Source of the DNA: Picochlorum sp. SENEW3
Lineage: Eukaryota
Assembly (NCBI GenBank): GCA_034226945.1
Contig: CP120461.1
Coordinates: forward strand, 806,001-870,000
DNA length: 64,000 bases
Direction of reading: 5' to 3'
Below are positions 10,930-22,053 of the stretch, in pieces. Numbering within the stretch: position 1 is the first letter of the stretch; every line of letters starts with the position of its first letter. Made by a program: the position numbers and the translations under genes. The notes below the pieces were generated by a model. That model saw only the letters and a list, made by a program, of their open reading frames with translations. It was not told the origin of the DNA and ran no database searches.

Positions 10930-12457
10930 CATGCCAGCGACGCCGTCGTCCTCCCAGGGAGGGAATGAGCTGGAAGATTTGCTACTAGAAGAATTACTGG
11001 AGAGTCCAGGTGGCGTCGAGGCCGGCACAGAGCCCTTGGAAGATGCTGCTCCCCGCAGTGGGGGAAGGAGTCAAACTGAGCAACCTGCTGCTGCGAAGAA
11101 GGCGAGGTTGGAACAGTATTGTCCCCCACATCCTGGTTATATGGGTGGTATATGTATACGATGTGGTATGATCAAGGAGCAGGAAAGGGAAAAGGATGGC
11201 AATCTGCCCTTTGGGTCACATCAAAGTATCCAGCAGGGTATGGACAGAGGCCATGGGAGATATGGTAGCAATGGAGCCGGTGACGACGAGCATCTGACCC
11301 TGGATTATATTCACCACGGATTAGAGGTGTCGAAAGAGGAAGCAGAGCGTTTGAGAGGGGAGACAAAACGAAAGGCAATTCGTGCGAAGAAATTGCTGCT
11401 TGTGTTGGACTTGGATCATACATTACTACACTCCACGCGGATGACCGATGTCTCGGAACAAGATGCACAAGTACTGCATGATATGCTTGAGAAGCAATCG
11501 GCAGATGCCCCCATGCTGTTTCATTTGGGGCATATGAATATGTGGACCAAGTTTAGGCCAGGGATACGAGAGTTTTTGGAAAAGGCACAGGCACTTTTTG
11601 ATTTACACGTGTTTACCATGGGAGATAAAATGTATGCGAAAGAAATGGAGAAGATTTTGGACCCGTCTGGATCTCTGTTTCGCGGTAGAGTTGCATCCTC
11701 CAGTGATGCAAATAGTGATATGATGAAGGACTTGGATGTCCTGCTGGGATCAGATGATATGATGGTTATTTTAGATGATACATTAGGCGTTTGGCCGAAA
11801 CATAAAGCGAATGTTATTCAGATGAAGCGGTATTTATTCTTTCCTGCGTGTGCTGTGAAATTTGGTGCCAGTGGATCATCGTATATGGAGGTGGGAGGAG
11901 ATGAGGATGCCAAGACAGGTGCACTTGCCTGTGCATTTCAGGTTTTGAAGCGTTCTCATGCCATGTTTTTCAAAGAAGGCTCTCATAATGATATACGTGA
12001 ATGTTTAGCGACGCTTAGATCTAGGATTCTACAGGGATGCTGTATTCTGTTCTCAAGAGTCATTCCGAAAGATGTGAATCATGAAATGCATCCCGCATGG
12101 GTACTTGCAAAGCAGATGGGAGCAGTCTGTGTCAACGATATATGTGATGAAGTGACTCATATTGTTGCTGGTGGGAGTACGAGTAAAACGGATTGGGGAA
12201 AGCAGAAGGGGAAGTTCATTGTGTCGACAGAGTGGCTGCATGCATGCGGTATGTGCATTATTACATGTATTTTGCCAATGTATACCATTGTTGCTCAAGT
12301 ACTTTTGCTGTATATACAAATTGCAGGATTCGCATGGACCAAGTGCGATGAAAGGAAATTCCGATATAGCACAAGTACTGGAAAGACTGCTCAATTGTTT
12401 GAAAACGAAGCCAAGGCAGTAGAAGCGGCAAAAGCAGCAGCTGGGCGGTCTGCATGA
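10930..12457 (+). CDS. CPL4: RNA polymerase II CTD phosphatase-like (FCP1/CPL4 type) with BRCT domain; probable intron 12249-12326
   Basis: CPPHPG..GGICIRCG motif; catalytic LVLDLDHTLLHS (DxDxT); KFRPGIREFL; ILDDT; BRCT LQGCCILFS...VTHIVA...STEWLHAC. In-frame 78-nt GTATGT...TTGCAG intron. Confidence 0.9.
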
Positions 12458-12690
12458 CATAGGCTTAAATAGTTAGAAGTATGCGCTAGTAGTATTACAC
12501 TATGATTGAAAGCAAAAACAAAATTTCGACACAAAATGTGTTCATCAGCACCATGTCAGTTTGTGCACACAGTGACGGATGACACTGGAAATGAAAAATC
12601 GCTAAGAAAAGAAAACAATCTACTCAAATCGACAGTATGATAACAGTAGATGTGAACATGTAATGAAAGAGAATCATGAATGAAAGCATT

Positions 12691-13626
12691 TCAATTCTCC
12701 ATGTTCCAAAGGCTCTTGTCATCACCATCGACAGAAACCAATGTTGATGGTGAAGCAGCTGTGGATTGCAACTGTCGCAGCATACCCAATGCAGCTGTTG
12801 TCCTCTCCAGCATAACAATGTTACCCTCCCGAGACTTATCGGTGATGTATTGATTCGCTTCTTCGATGAGCGTGTTCAAACTATCCTCACGCACCAAACT
12901 ATCTTCAGCATAGTTGTTCTCCTGCTGGGCACTGCCGTGGCACGCCAACATTCTGACATATCTCTCTGCAGTATTCACGAGGTTCGTAATACTCTCCGTC
13001 GATGTGAAAGGTTGCTGTAAAATACTCCCGACCAAGTTCTTCTGAGCATGCCCGCCCAGTAATTTATCATGTTTTTTCAAAATCTTCAAGATTCCCGCAT
13101 AATTCACAATAGACCAATGCAATAAGAGAACAAGCTCCCCATGCAGATCAATAAGCCTCGACCGAATCATATGCATGGCATCATTATACCGTCGAATACA
13201 CTCCGCTTCGTCCACCAACGGCGTGTTATTTGCAGTACCATCCCCACGTGTTGTTGCTGACTCATCAGGAATCACAGCAGCTCCTACATACATTTCCTGT
13301 AACATTTGCAACTTGATCACAGCATTCTCTTCTTCCTCGATAAAATATGAATTGATCCTCTCCACGTCATCATATAATATTCGAATAAACTCCTTCTCAT
13401 GCGTTCTCATTGCCTCTGTATCCGACTCTTTACAAGCAGCAGCTCGTTTCAAAAGTTTCTTCATTTCCTTGTAACGGACAAAGTCTCTGGACCCCGACTG
13501 CTCCATACCACCCTCATTGTCGTCACTTCTCTGTCGTTTGTACCCACTTGTGCTGGCGTCATTATCCTTCTCCACCACGACAGCACTGGTCTCTGAAAAG
13601 TCCTTTAAAATCTTACCAAACTTCAT
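12691..13626 (-). CDS. Stand-alone SPX-domain protein (phosphate/inositol-pyrophosphate sensor, plant SPX1-4 type)
   Basis: MKFGK start, YKEMKKLLK, LHGELVLLLHWSIVNYAGILKILKKHDK, QQPFTST match plant class-1 SPX proteins. Confidence 0.92.
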   Translation of the reverse strand: MKFGKILKDFSETSAVVVEKDNDASTSGYKRQRSDDNEGGMEQSGSRDFVRYKEMKKLLKRAAACKESDTEAMRTHEKEFIRILYDDVERINSYFIEEEENAVIKLQMLQEMYVGAAVIPDESATTRGDGTANNTPLVDEAECIRRYNDAMHMIRSRLIDLHGELVLLLHWSIVNYAGILKILKKHDKLLGGHAQKNLVGSILQQPFTSTESITNLVNTAERYVRMLACHGSAQQENNYAEDSLVREDSLNTLIEEANQYITDKSREGNIVMLERTTAALGMLRQLQSTAASPSTLVSVDGDDKSLWNMEN

Positions 13627-14401
13627 ACTGCCACCCTCACGTGTCCCTTCTTGAGGATGCTATTCTTCACACAAGGTTCTAGGAAGACGTGTTGCACACG
13701 TTGTACACACGAATCCCTCCGAATCGAAAGAACCCTGGACAAGGCTAGGGTTTTGTATACAACCACTCGAGTCCCCCCGATTGCGTCCAAACACGCAGAT
13801 GCCCAAGGTCTGCGACAGAGATCACCGCTGAGGTCAATTCCTACTCAGTCAACCAACCTAGAGACCAACTTGTGAAGGAGTATGGCAGGTCTTGTGAGCT
13901 GTCCACCAGCCAACCAACACAACGACACAGACAGTTCCTGTAGAGACTTTTTGGATCAGAAATATACACGTGTAGAAAATGCGGTTTCATACAACTTCTT
14001 TTACAATATTTTGGATGATATGCGATGCTATGGGAATATTTATTGCTGACTTGTCCAATTACCACGGAATGATTCCACTGGAATGATTCCTCCATGACGT
14101 CAGATGCCGTCATGTCGCAAAGATTCCACAATCGAATCTTTGCCACGTCGAACAACAACCTCCACTACTATCTTCCCTCCACAATCACGGAGACTTCTGT
14201 TCTCTTTATTTATGGGTTATCATCGATCTACTACACGCATAATCCGTTTCAGAAGCATATACATGCGCCAATGATGGGGGAAAGGGCGTCAGAGCGCAAG
14301 GCATGTCATGTTAACAGCCGTATACGAAAGATTCCTCGTATCCCAACACAATGTGGAATCTCTACCATGCGATTCGAATATTCTACGACCCTCGAATATA
14401 T

Positions 14402-15368
14402 CTACATTGCTGTTTCTCTCTCTACATTGAGCAGCTCTATTTCGAACAAAAGTGTTTTCCCAGCCATCATGGAGTTGGCGTCCAATGTGACGACCTCGTC
14501 CGTACACTCGACAACGAGGGCTAGGCCACCATTGGAAAGTTCCGCTATTAATCCTTCATGAACACCTCCTTGACTACACATACATGTAGAAAACAGCGGG
14601 TCAACGTATGTGGAGGAACGCTGAGACTATACTTGTGTAATACATCCAAAAAGAGCATTGAGATGGTACGACACGAATGTCATTCGCTCACACGGTCAAC
14701 TCTCATTGGCCACCCACCCCGAGGAACCCATTCTGATACCAATAGAATCTATAGATTCCTTTTCATAACCACTGCGCACCAAAGACATCGTACCTCTTAT
14801 ATCTATTTGCCATACGTTGAATCTCTGGGTGATCCATTGGTACTTTGAACAACAGATCCTCCTTCCATTCCCCTCCATCTGCCTGCATCATCCAAAACAG
14901 CACCATATCCATCAACCTTGCTTCTTCATACAATAACCGTTCATGATATGGTGCAACACGTACCTTGATCCCTATAGTTTCCCCCACAGAGAGCCCACGG
15001 ACTGCCCCATCAAATGCTTCAAACAATTGATTACCCACAATGTCACCAGCTCCAACCTGAAACGTCGTTGGCTCATCAGAAGTCCTGCTGGACTCTAACA
15101 CCTCTCCTTGTTCATTCATACAGGCCCAATGGATAGTCACCACATCCCCTTCCTTGGCTACTCCTCCTTCAGAGGAAGAGCCCTTTCCTTCCTTGTCTTC
15201 TGATGATGCAGAGCATACCAAGGCCATCTTCGGTCCGATTCGAGGTCTATGTATTTTATAGTCCACTGATGGTCGATATCCAAGCCCTTTGTATCGTCTG
15301 TGCTGTGCGTGGGCCACAGATGCAATTCTACGTGAGAGTCGGCTTGCCGTCGTCTGTAACACAACCAT
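14402..15368 (-). CDS. FKBP-type peptidyl-prolyl isomerase, SlyD/SlpA-like, predicted organelle-targeted; exons 15368-14964, 14882-14794, 14573-14402
   Basis: AKEGDVVTIHW...GEVLESS...PTTFQVGAG...FDGAVRGLSVGE. The spliced last exon gives VTLDANSMMAGKTLLFEIELLNV (SlyD-like DxNHxLAGxxLxF). GT-AG introns keep the frame. Confidence 0.82.
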
Positions 15369-15434
15369 GATTACAATGGTACTCTATGGTGTCCTAGTAT
15401 CAATTAAAAATTAATATTACTACAAGTGAAGGCA

Positions 15435-18165
15435 TCAGATGGAAGCAAACGTTGTGGATTCAGGCCATTTTGGATACACCCTCTTGTAGAGGGACATGCA
15501 CACAGTGTCCTGTTGACTGAGTGGGCCATCAAAGATACTCTTGAATAAGCCATGTGTGCCCAAAGGTTCTCGAATCCGTCCTCTGCGGCCATGCTTGGTC
15601 CATAATTCGACTGGAGAGAACCACCGGATATCTTCTGGTGTGTAGAACATGGATCTGACAATGGCTTTGGATCGGTGGCATTTGATGGGGAATCCAGTCA
15701 GCACAATCTTCTTGACGACCACTCTGTCTGGGTTGCAGGATTTCAGGGATCCTGTTGCAACTAGTTGGAGAGATGAGTCGAACGGATTCCTTTTGAATGC
15801 TAGCAGTGGACACGGGGGGTATGTGATGGGGCCATAGATGGTGGCCATGGCAACACGTCCCTCGTGGAGGAATCTCTCCATTTTATGCTTGTCTGCTCCA
15901 TGTTCGTCCGTGGAGAGGATTGGTCTTGCGGGATATGTGCGGATTCCTGTGACGAATATCAGCTCTTCTTTGTTGGCTATGGTGGCGTCGACACCAGCAT
16001 GCTTCTTGACTGAAAAGTTTAGCACAGACAGCTTGACCTCGTGTTGGAGCAAGCCCCAGGTAGAGAGCAAAGGTGCGAGGCCTTGCTGTGATGCATTCAC
16101 TCTTTCTACAATGGCCATGGCTGCATCTTGAGGTACGTTGCATACGTACACGCGGGCATATGTACCGACATCGGCACCGGCATCTCCTCCCTGCCTGTTC
16201 ACCTTGTTGGATAGGGCAAGGGCTCGTTTCTGAGCCCTCTTGAAGTTTTCAAACGCAAATACTCGTGCGTAATCCAGCGGTAAATCTTCCTTTGGATCCC
16301 ATGGAGATGTACGGAAGCTTTTTAGTCCCCTGTATTTGGCGAGTCTTCGCCGAGCAGGGACATCGTGGGTGAGTTCAAATTCATCTGGGTAGAGGACATC
16401 ATCCGCCTCTCTGGCTCGTCGTGCTGCATCTTCTTCTCTGGCTCGGGCCGCTTCTCTATCCCCTAAATCAAGTTTTGAAAACTCTTCTGGATCCAACTCG
16501 GTCCCAGTATCCATGCCCATCCATCCCTCATCATCTTCCTGTTCTTCAGGCATCATGTGTGTCATGGAGTCATCATCGTCATCATCATCTTCGCTGGCAT
16601 CAGAAAAATTATCATCTATGATCCATGCAGCTTGATACTCTGACGTTCCTTTTGGAAGTCTCCGTTTCCTCGCTTTGGCCTCTGCTTCCGCCTCCGCCAA
16701 TTCCTGTTCGGTTGGCCAGGTCTGCTCAGCATCCAAGGGATCAACATCATGTTCCCGCACCAATGACTCTCGCTCTTCTGGCAAAGACACAGCAATCACC
16801 GTCTCACCATTCATTGCCATGGTTGCCTCTACACTTTTCTTCTGATGATGCGATGATTTCTGCGTCTGTAATAAAGACTGTGGTTCCGCAACAGACTCAA
16901 TCTTTTCAATCTGAAAATCCCCTGCCCCAGGAATATGAATCAACTGGTTGGCAGTCAATGCTTTCTCTCTAATATACCCTGTCAATACCAGCGTGCCTTC
17001 CGCCTTCTGATTCATATCATTATTCGTATTGGTATAAAACTCGGCCGCATCGGGTATCACATGTGGCCTTTGTTGCCGCCAGATTGGAGTCGTGCATGAT
17101 GAGTCTGTCACATGCCGAACAATCTGCTTCACATCAACCTCATTGTCAGCTGCCATGAGTTTATAATGATCCGACGGTATAAATCTCTCTAATGCCTCTG
17201 CTGCCCTTTTCTTTGCTGCAGATCGTTCTTTAAGAACATTTCCCCCCACTATATCATGTGTCTGCGTAATCGCAAGAGTGGATGGCATACCCATGGATCG
17301 GAGTATATCCAACGCCTGGGCCCCACACCCATCAATAGGCACCGCGTTGGGATTCCCTGGCAACAAACACACCACAAAATCGGCATACTTTCCAAGCTCA
17401 GTCAATCCTAATGGATCATTCATATCGGCAGGAGGCGGCAGTATGGTCACTTTGACCTTTTTCTGCGGCCCTGCAAATACAGTGATGGGCGCCATTGCCT
17501 CACCCATCTCCATATCCATTGATGCTCCATCCTCCTCCCCTTGGGCATTATTATAGTTTACACATGCATCAATAAACGTCTTCCAAAAATGCCTCACATT
17601 CGTCTCTGCTGACAAGGGCAACAATGCTACAATCCTCGGTGGCATAAAAGCTGCCATCCGTTTGGCCTGAACAGTCTCTGCCCGCTTCTTCTCACGCAAC
17701 TGCTTTGCAGCATTGACTCGATCGGCTTTCGACTGATTCTTTCGTAACGACTTTACACCCTGCCGCCGATCAACTATATCTGCAATAAAGGAACGAACAA
17801 AGGGATTCAGCATTATGTGTAATTCTACTAGTAGACGTGATACCATGTACGTGATGATGGCAGAACATGTGGAATCCAGAGGTCATGTTTAATAAATACG
17901 TTGGAATCAGAGCATCAAGCATCATTCGAAAGATGGTGATATAGTATTTTGATTCATCATTCCTCTGTGCCATTGAATACAATAGACATAAAAAAAGAAA
18001 TACCCACCTCGTTTATCTCTATGCTTCTCTCGAGCACTCCTCCCCGCTCGCCTCCCAGCTTTATGCACCTATATAGTATATATTACTAATATGAAATGCA
18101 TTCTCAGCCCTGAATAGCTCGCATTCGGTGCGCACCTTGTTCTTCTGTGACCCAGGCCCTGCCAT
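15435..18165 (-). CDS. TSR1: Pre-rRNA processing protein TSR1; exons 18165-18136, 18068-18008, ~17779-15435
   Basis: IHIPGAGDFQI, EQTWPTEQEL, LPKGTSEYQAAWI, KYRGLKSFRTSPWDPKE, WFSPVELWTKHGRRGRIREPLGTHG, LYKRVYPKW. Short 5' exons MAGPGSQKNK|VHKAGR... have canonical splice sites. Confidence 0.95.
17903..17963 (-). ncRNA. Intronic box C/D snoRNA, U51/snR39/snR59-like, in TSR1 intron 2
   Basis: Minus strand GGA-ATGATGA-ATCAAAATACTATA-TCACCATCTTTCG-A-ATGA(D')-TGCTTGATGCT-CTGA-TTCC, with terminal stem GGAA/TTCC. The 13-nt guide complements LSU rRNA CGAAAGAUGGUGA. Confidence 0.85.
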
Positions 18166-18544
18166 TGGTCTACTTTCTCTAATACGCGTGTATTCCTTCA
18201 ATTGCTATTACGAATGATGCTATAATTTCATATAATTCACTATGGTATGGATAATAGAGGTATTCGTTCTGAATATGCTGATCGTCGCATTTCTGCCATG
18301 CATGTCAACGCCAGGCCAGCTTTGTGGATGCCATAGAGCTCTGTATGCATTCATCGGTCATATTTGATTTTATTTTACAATAGAATAATGGAAGAAAGGT
18401 GCATACCATGGATTTTTTATTTGGTACGAGGCTTCTGCCAGATCATCTGTGTGCATCTCATATGAGAATATGCATATTCTGATCAGAAGCAGTGATGCCT
18501 GATCCGTCGGAGGATTCTTCGATCGAACGGAGACCCTTCATTGC

Positions 18545-19771
18545 TCAAGCAGCTGGAGGTAATCGAGGAAATATCCCCTGTGGATGCACGATTCGTATCG
18601 GATGCATTCCTTTCCAGAACCAGGCATCCTTGTTCTTTATAGGCCTGTGCTCCCTGGTTGGACTGGGCGATTTGGATATTTGTTGTATCTTCCCGTCTTT
18701 TTCACTGGATCTCACTCTGTGTGGTCCATATGAGGTATCAATAGTATGCAAGAGGGCCTTTTCTGTTTCTTTTGATCTGCCGGACTGCTGCACAGCAGCC
18801 AGCATTTTACTCAACAGGGATGTCTGTTTCTTTTCTCCCCCTCCTGCTTCGAGTCGCTTTCCCTCCATTTTGATGCAATTTTTAGTTTCAATATCACCTT
18901 CATGACCCCCTGCGCTCATGAATGCTGTGTTACTCGATACGTTACGCAGCCCTGGAGGGCTGCATGGCATGGGACTGGCCTCATTGCTTGGCAAACCTCC
19001 AGGGAGGACTATATAAAAATCATGTGCTTTGTGTGGCAGCCATTTACTCAACAGACTGTATTGTTTTCTCCAAGGAGGAAGAGGCATGTTCTTCATTGCA
19101 AAAGATCTCGACATTTCCTGGTACAAAAGTGTCACAAGAGGCTTCACCTGGAACAGAGGCAGCACCAACTCTTTTGGTACAGTATCCAAAAGCCGGCTGT
19201 ATCTCTTTGTCGGGTGAGGAATCGCAAAATGTTCTCGGAAATTTGGCTCCACTATATAATGCTCTTGCTCCTCGTCACAATCCAAAATCAAGAACTCATT
19301 ACTCAGATGTGTAAAGCATGCTACTCCATCTCCACCTCCAATTGCTGATCTCAGACACACTGAATACCCGATGCTCGTTAACGCGGCCCCCATATGCGCA
19401 GCATCAAGTTGATCAGAATTTCCTGTGATGTTTTGTGTCAGCTGTCGAACATCTCTCTTGAGTCGAACATGATACATTGATCGAGGCTCTAGACATTCTT
19501 TGATCTTCTCCTTGATAGTGCTAAAGTTGCCGCAGGCATCATTGTCGCACCAGTCATCGTCTTCAACCTCTTCATTACAGCCGCATCCAGTACTCTCTAC
19601 GCCATCCAGATGAAAATGGAGCAAGCTGACACCCCCTTCAGTCATCGGCTGCTGTCCCCGATCTCCTTCTGGATACCACCTTGATTCTCCGTCTTCTTCA
19701 ACCATTCTTGCGTTGATTTCTCGATTTTCTTGAACTATTGAATCCATCATCGAAGTTTGGTGGTTTCCCAT
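18545..19771 (-). CDS. Plant-specific DUF506 (PD-(D/E)XK-like) protein
   Basis: LTSIGYSVCL...HYIVEPNFREHFAIPHPTKRYSRLL...EMSRSF...MPLPPWRK..SLLSKW is the DUF506 signature. First in-frame ATG at 19771. Confidence 0.85.
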   Translation of the reverse strand: MGNHQTSMMDSIVQENREINARMVEEDGESRWYPEGDRGQQPMTEGGVSLLHFHLDGVESTGCGCNEEVEDDDWCDNDACGNFSTIKEKIKECLEPRSMYHVRLKRDVRQLTQNITGNSDQLDAAHMGAALTSIGYSVCLRSAIGGGDGVACFTHLSNEFLILDCDEEQEHYIVEPNFREHFAIPHPTKRYSRLLDTVPKELVLPLFQVKPLVTLLYQEMSRSFAMKNMPLPPWRKQYSLLSKWLPHKAHDFYIVLPGGLPSNEASPMPCSPPGLRNVSSNTAFMSAGGHEGDIETKNCIKMEGKRLEAGGGEKKQTSLLSKMLAAVQQSGRSKETEKALLHTIDTSYGPHRVRSSEKDGKIQQISKSPSPTREHRPIKNKDAWFWKGMHPIRIVHPQGIFPRLPPAA

Positions 19772-20032
19772 GGAGCCTGCATCGTCAAACGTCAAAGTCG
19801 TCTGCTACATTCGTCGATTCGATGTCTTTGTGAAAGTCAACGTACCAGCAAAAACAGTCACAGGAATTCCTTTATTAATCTTTTTCATATCAAAAACTAA
19901 AATATTATATGAATTAAACTGATGTATTTTAGCGGATGCGAGGTTTTTACTTTTTTGGGGATTTGGCGTACGCCATGCGTGGACAAACCTGGCCAACTGA
20001 AAGAATCTACCACACGCCACATGTATATACAT

Positions 20033-20060
20033 ATCGCGTACGCATATATGCGTACGCGAT
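20033..20060. repeat. 28-bp perfect palindrome ATCGCGTACGCATATATGCGTACGCGAT
   Basis: The sequence equals its own reverse complement. It is directly preceded by a 12-bp palindrome, ATGTATATACAT (20021-20032). Confidence 0.95.
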
Positions 20061-20821
20061 CAATCATCCTCCAGCATGTCAATCTCACTCGGGAGATGGT
20101 GATGCTATTTCGATGCTATTGGGCCACCCCAAGTCGAGAGAGATCGAGATCGAGATCGAGAGAAGACTGCTGCTGGTTTACAAAACCATTGCAGATTCAC
20201 AGAGCACCCACCTTCCTGAGGAGAATCCTGTCACCAACAACAGCGACCCTCTATAGCACGCAGATGCAAAGCAGCTACAAGATCCTCATAGCCATCATCA
20301 ATGCCATGGGAAGAGCGAAAAATACCAAGCGTATATACTCTCGTCGTGCAAGACAGCATCGTGGCATGCCATCACACGAGCCATGTCCCATCAAAAGCAT
20401 CATTGTTGGGAAGCATTGACAGATGATCTCAACGGTGACCATTCCAAACCCAGATTGTCACCAACGCTGTCGATTCCATACGGCTGCAAATACAAATTTG
20501 TTAAAGTACATCCGAGTCAATTCCATCCTCAGCATAGAGCGTCTTGGAAGGAAATTTCTGGCAGTGTCACACCGATACCCTCTGGCGTTGTGTTGCTGGG
20601 ATAATACTCATTCGAACATACAAGATCGCAATCAACAAAAGATATTCAGTTTAATTCACAAGTATTAAAAAAAGACTCAGTCTTGCCTGTATTTGATACA
20701 AGAACGAGAAGAACAACGGCGTTGGTTCGTGGCAACACGGTCCCAGTTTCTCCTCTGCGGTGTTTGAATCAAGCCCCGTGTTAGCATTTATATACATATA
20801 TAGGATACATATATAGATATC

Positions 20822-21695
20822 ATGTCGACGTTTTCGAGCGGAACGCAGCGGCAAGCGAGTCGCGTGTATGAGCAGGAGGTGTCCCTCAACCATATTTTTG
20901 ATGATTTATCCGAGGGCTTTAAAAAGCTGGATTCGATGAATGATTCCAAGAAACAGTCCGAGTTGAAGAGAATGACTGGATTGATGCAAGAAGCGAAATC
21001 GTACGTGCCACGCCAGCCATGGAGGATGCATTTCAATACTTGTCTTTGTAATACTAACACAACCATGATGCTGTTGTTGATGCAGATTGATCCGTGACTT
21101 TGAACGAGAAGCAAAGATTGATAATATGAGCGTGGATGAACTCAACTATAGGAAGAAGCTGCTTGTTCAGGAATTGAATTCTTTCATCGGGCTGAAAAAG
21201 GCGTACAGTCAACAGTTGCAGCAGAGAAAGGAATTGATGGATAGCAAGTCACCAGTAGCTGCTGGGCCCTCGGCCGACGAGATTCGAGGTACGAATATAG
21301 TTCATATAGTTTTCTGATTACAAATTTGATAAAAATTGAGGTGATCTCTTGTGTATGCAGAAATGTCGACGAATGATATGATTGAACTTGGCAGGAAGAA
21401 TATTCAAGAGACGGATGAATCCTTGCTGAGATCAGAGCGAGTTGTGAATGATACAATTGCAATCGGAGCGCAGACCGCAGAAACACTTCAAACACAGGGC
21501 AATCAGTTGAACAAGATTTCGAATGATCTAGATGAGATCCACTTTAGTATGAAAAAGGCTAGACAGGTCATCCGTGACCTGGCCAGAAGACTTGCCACTG
21601 ATAGATGCATCATGTTTGTCCTGCTCCTTGTTATCATTGGTATTGTCGTCATCGTCGTATTGAAAATCACTGGAGTGGGTGATGTCAATGTGTAA
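20822..21695 (+). CDS. NPSN: Novel plant SNARE (NPSN, Qb-SNARE); exons 20822-21000, 21086-21288, 21361-21695
   Basis: LSEGFKKLD...MQEAKS|LIRDFERE...KKLLVQELNSFIGLKK; SNARE motif DLDEIHFSMKKARQVIRDLARRLATDRC; C-terminal TM helix. Canonical introns. Confidence 0.9.
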
Positions 21696-22053
21696 TAACG
21701 AGTATGTATATATATGCATAGACAAAGATTTTTTTTTTTCTTCTAGAGTATGAGATCTCAAATGAGATGGAGATCCATGCCATGCCATCTCAAATGAATC
21801 AGATTCCCATCACACATGGGACTGAAATTTAAATAATGTATGCTAATAATACTGAGCGGAATGGATGCATTTCATTCGACCATATGAAAAGGTTTGGTTA
21901 TTATGACGGATGCGTCAATGATCGTTGAAGAGACAGGCTCTATACCATTCCGGATTCATTTTGACCCAATACATTGATATTAGGATATTATTTATTAGAT
22001 TTAAGTGACAGAGTACAGCGGATTTTGATTGTTCTGCATAGAATAGAAGAATC

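Noticed and set aside
19922..20668. ORFs of 70-165 aa between DUF506 and NPSN
   Set aside because: No recognisable motifs; several start at non-ATG codons; the RSRSRS stretch comes from a GAGATC repeat. I could not build a consistent spliced model.
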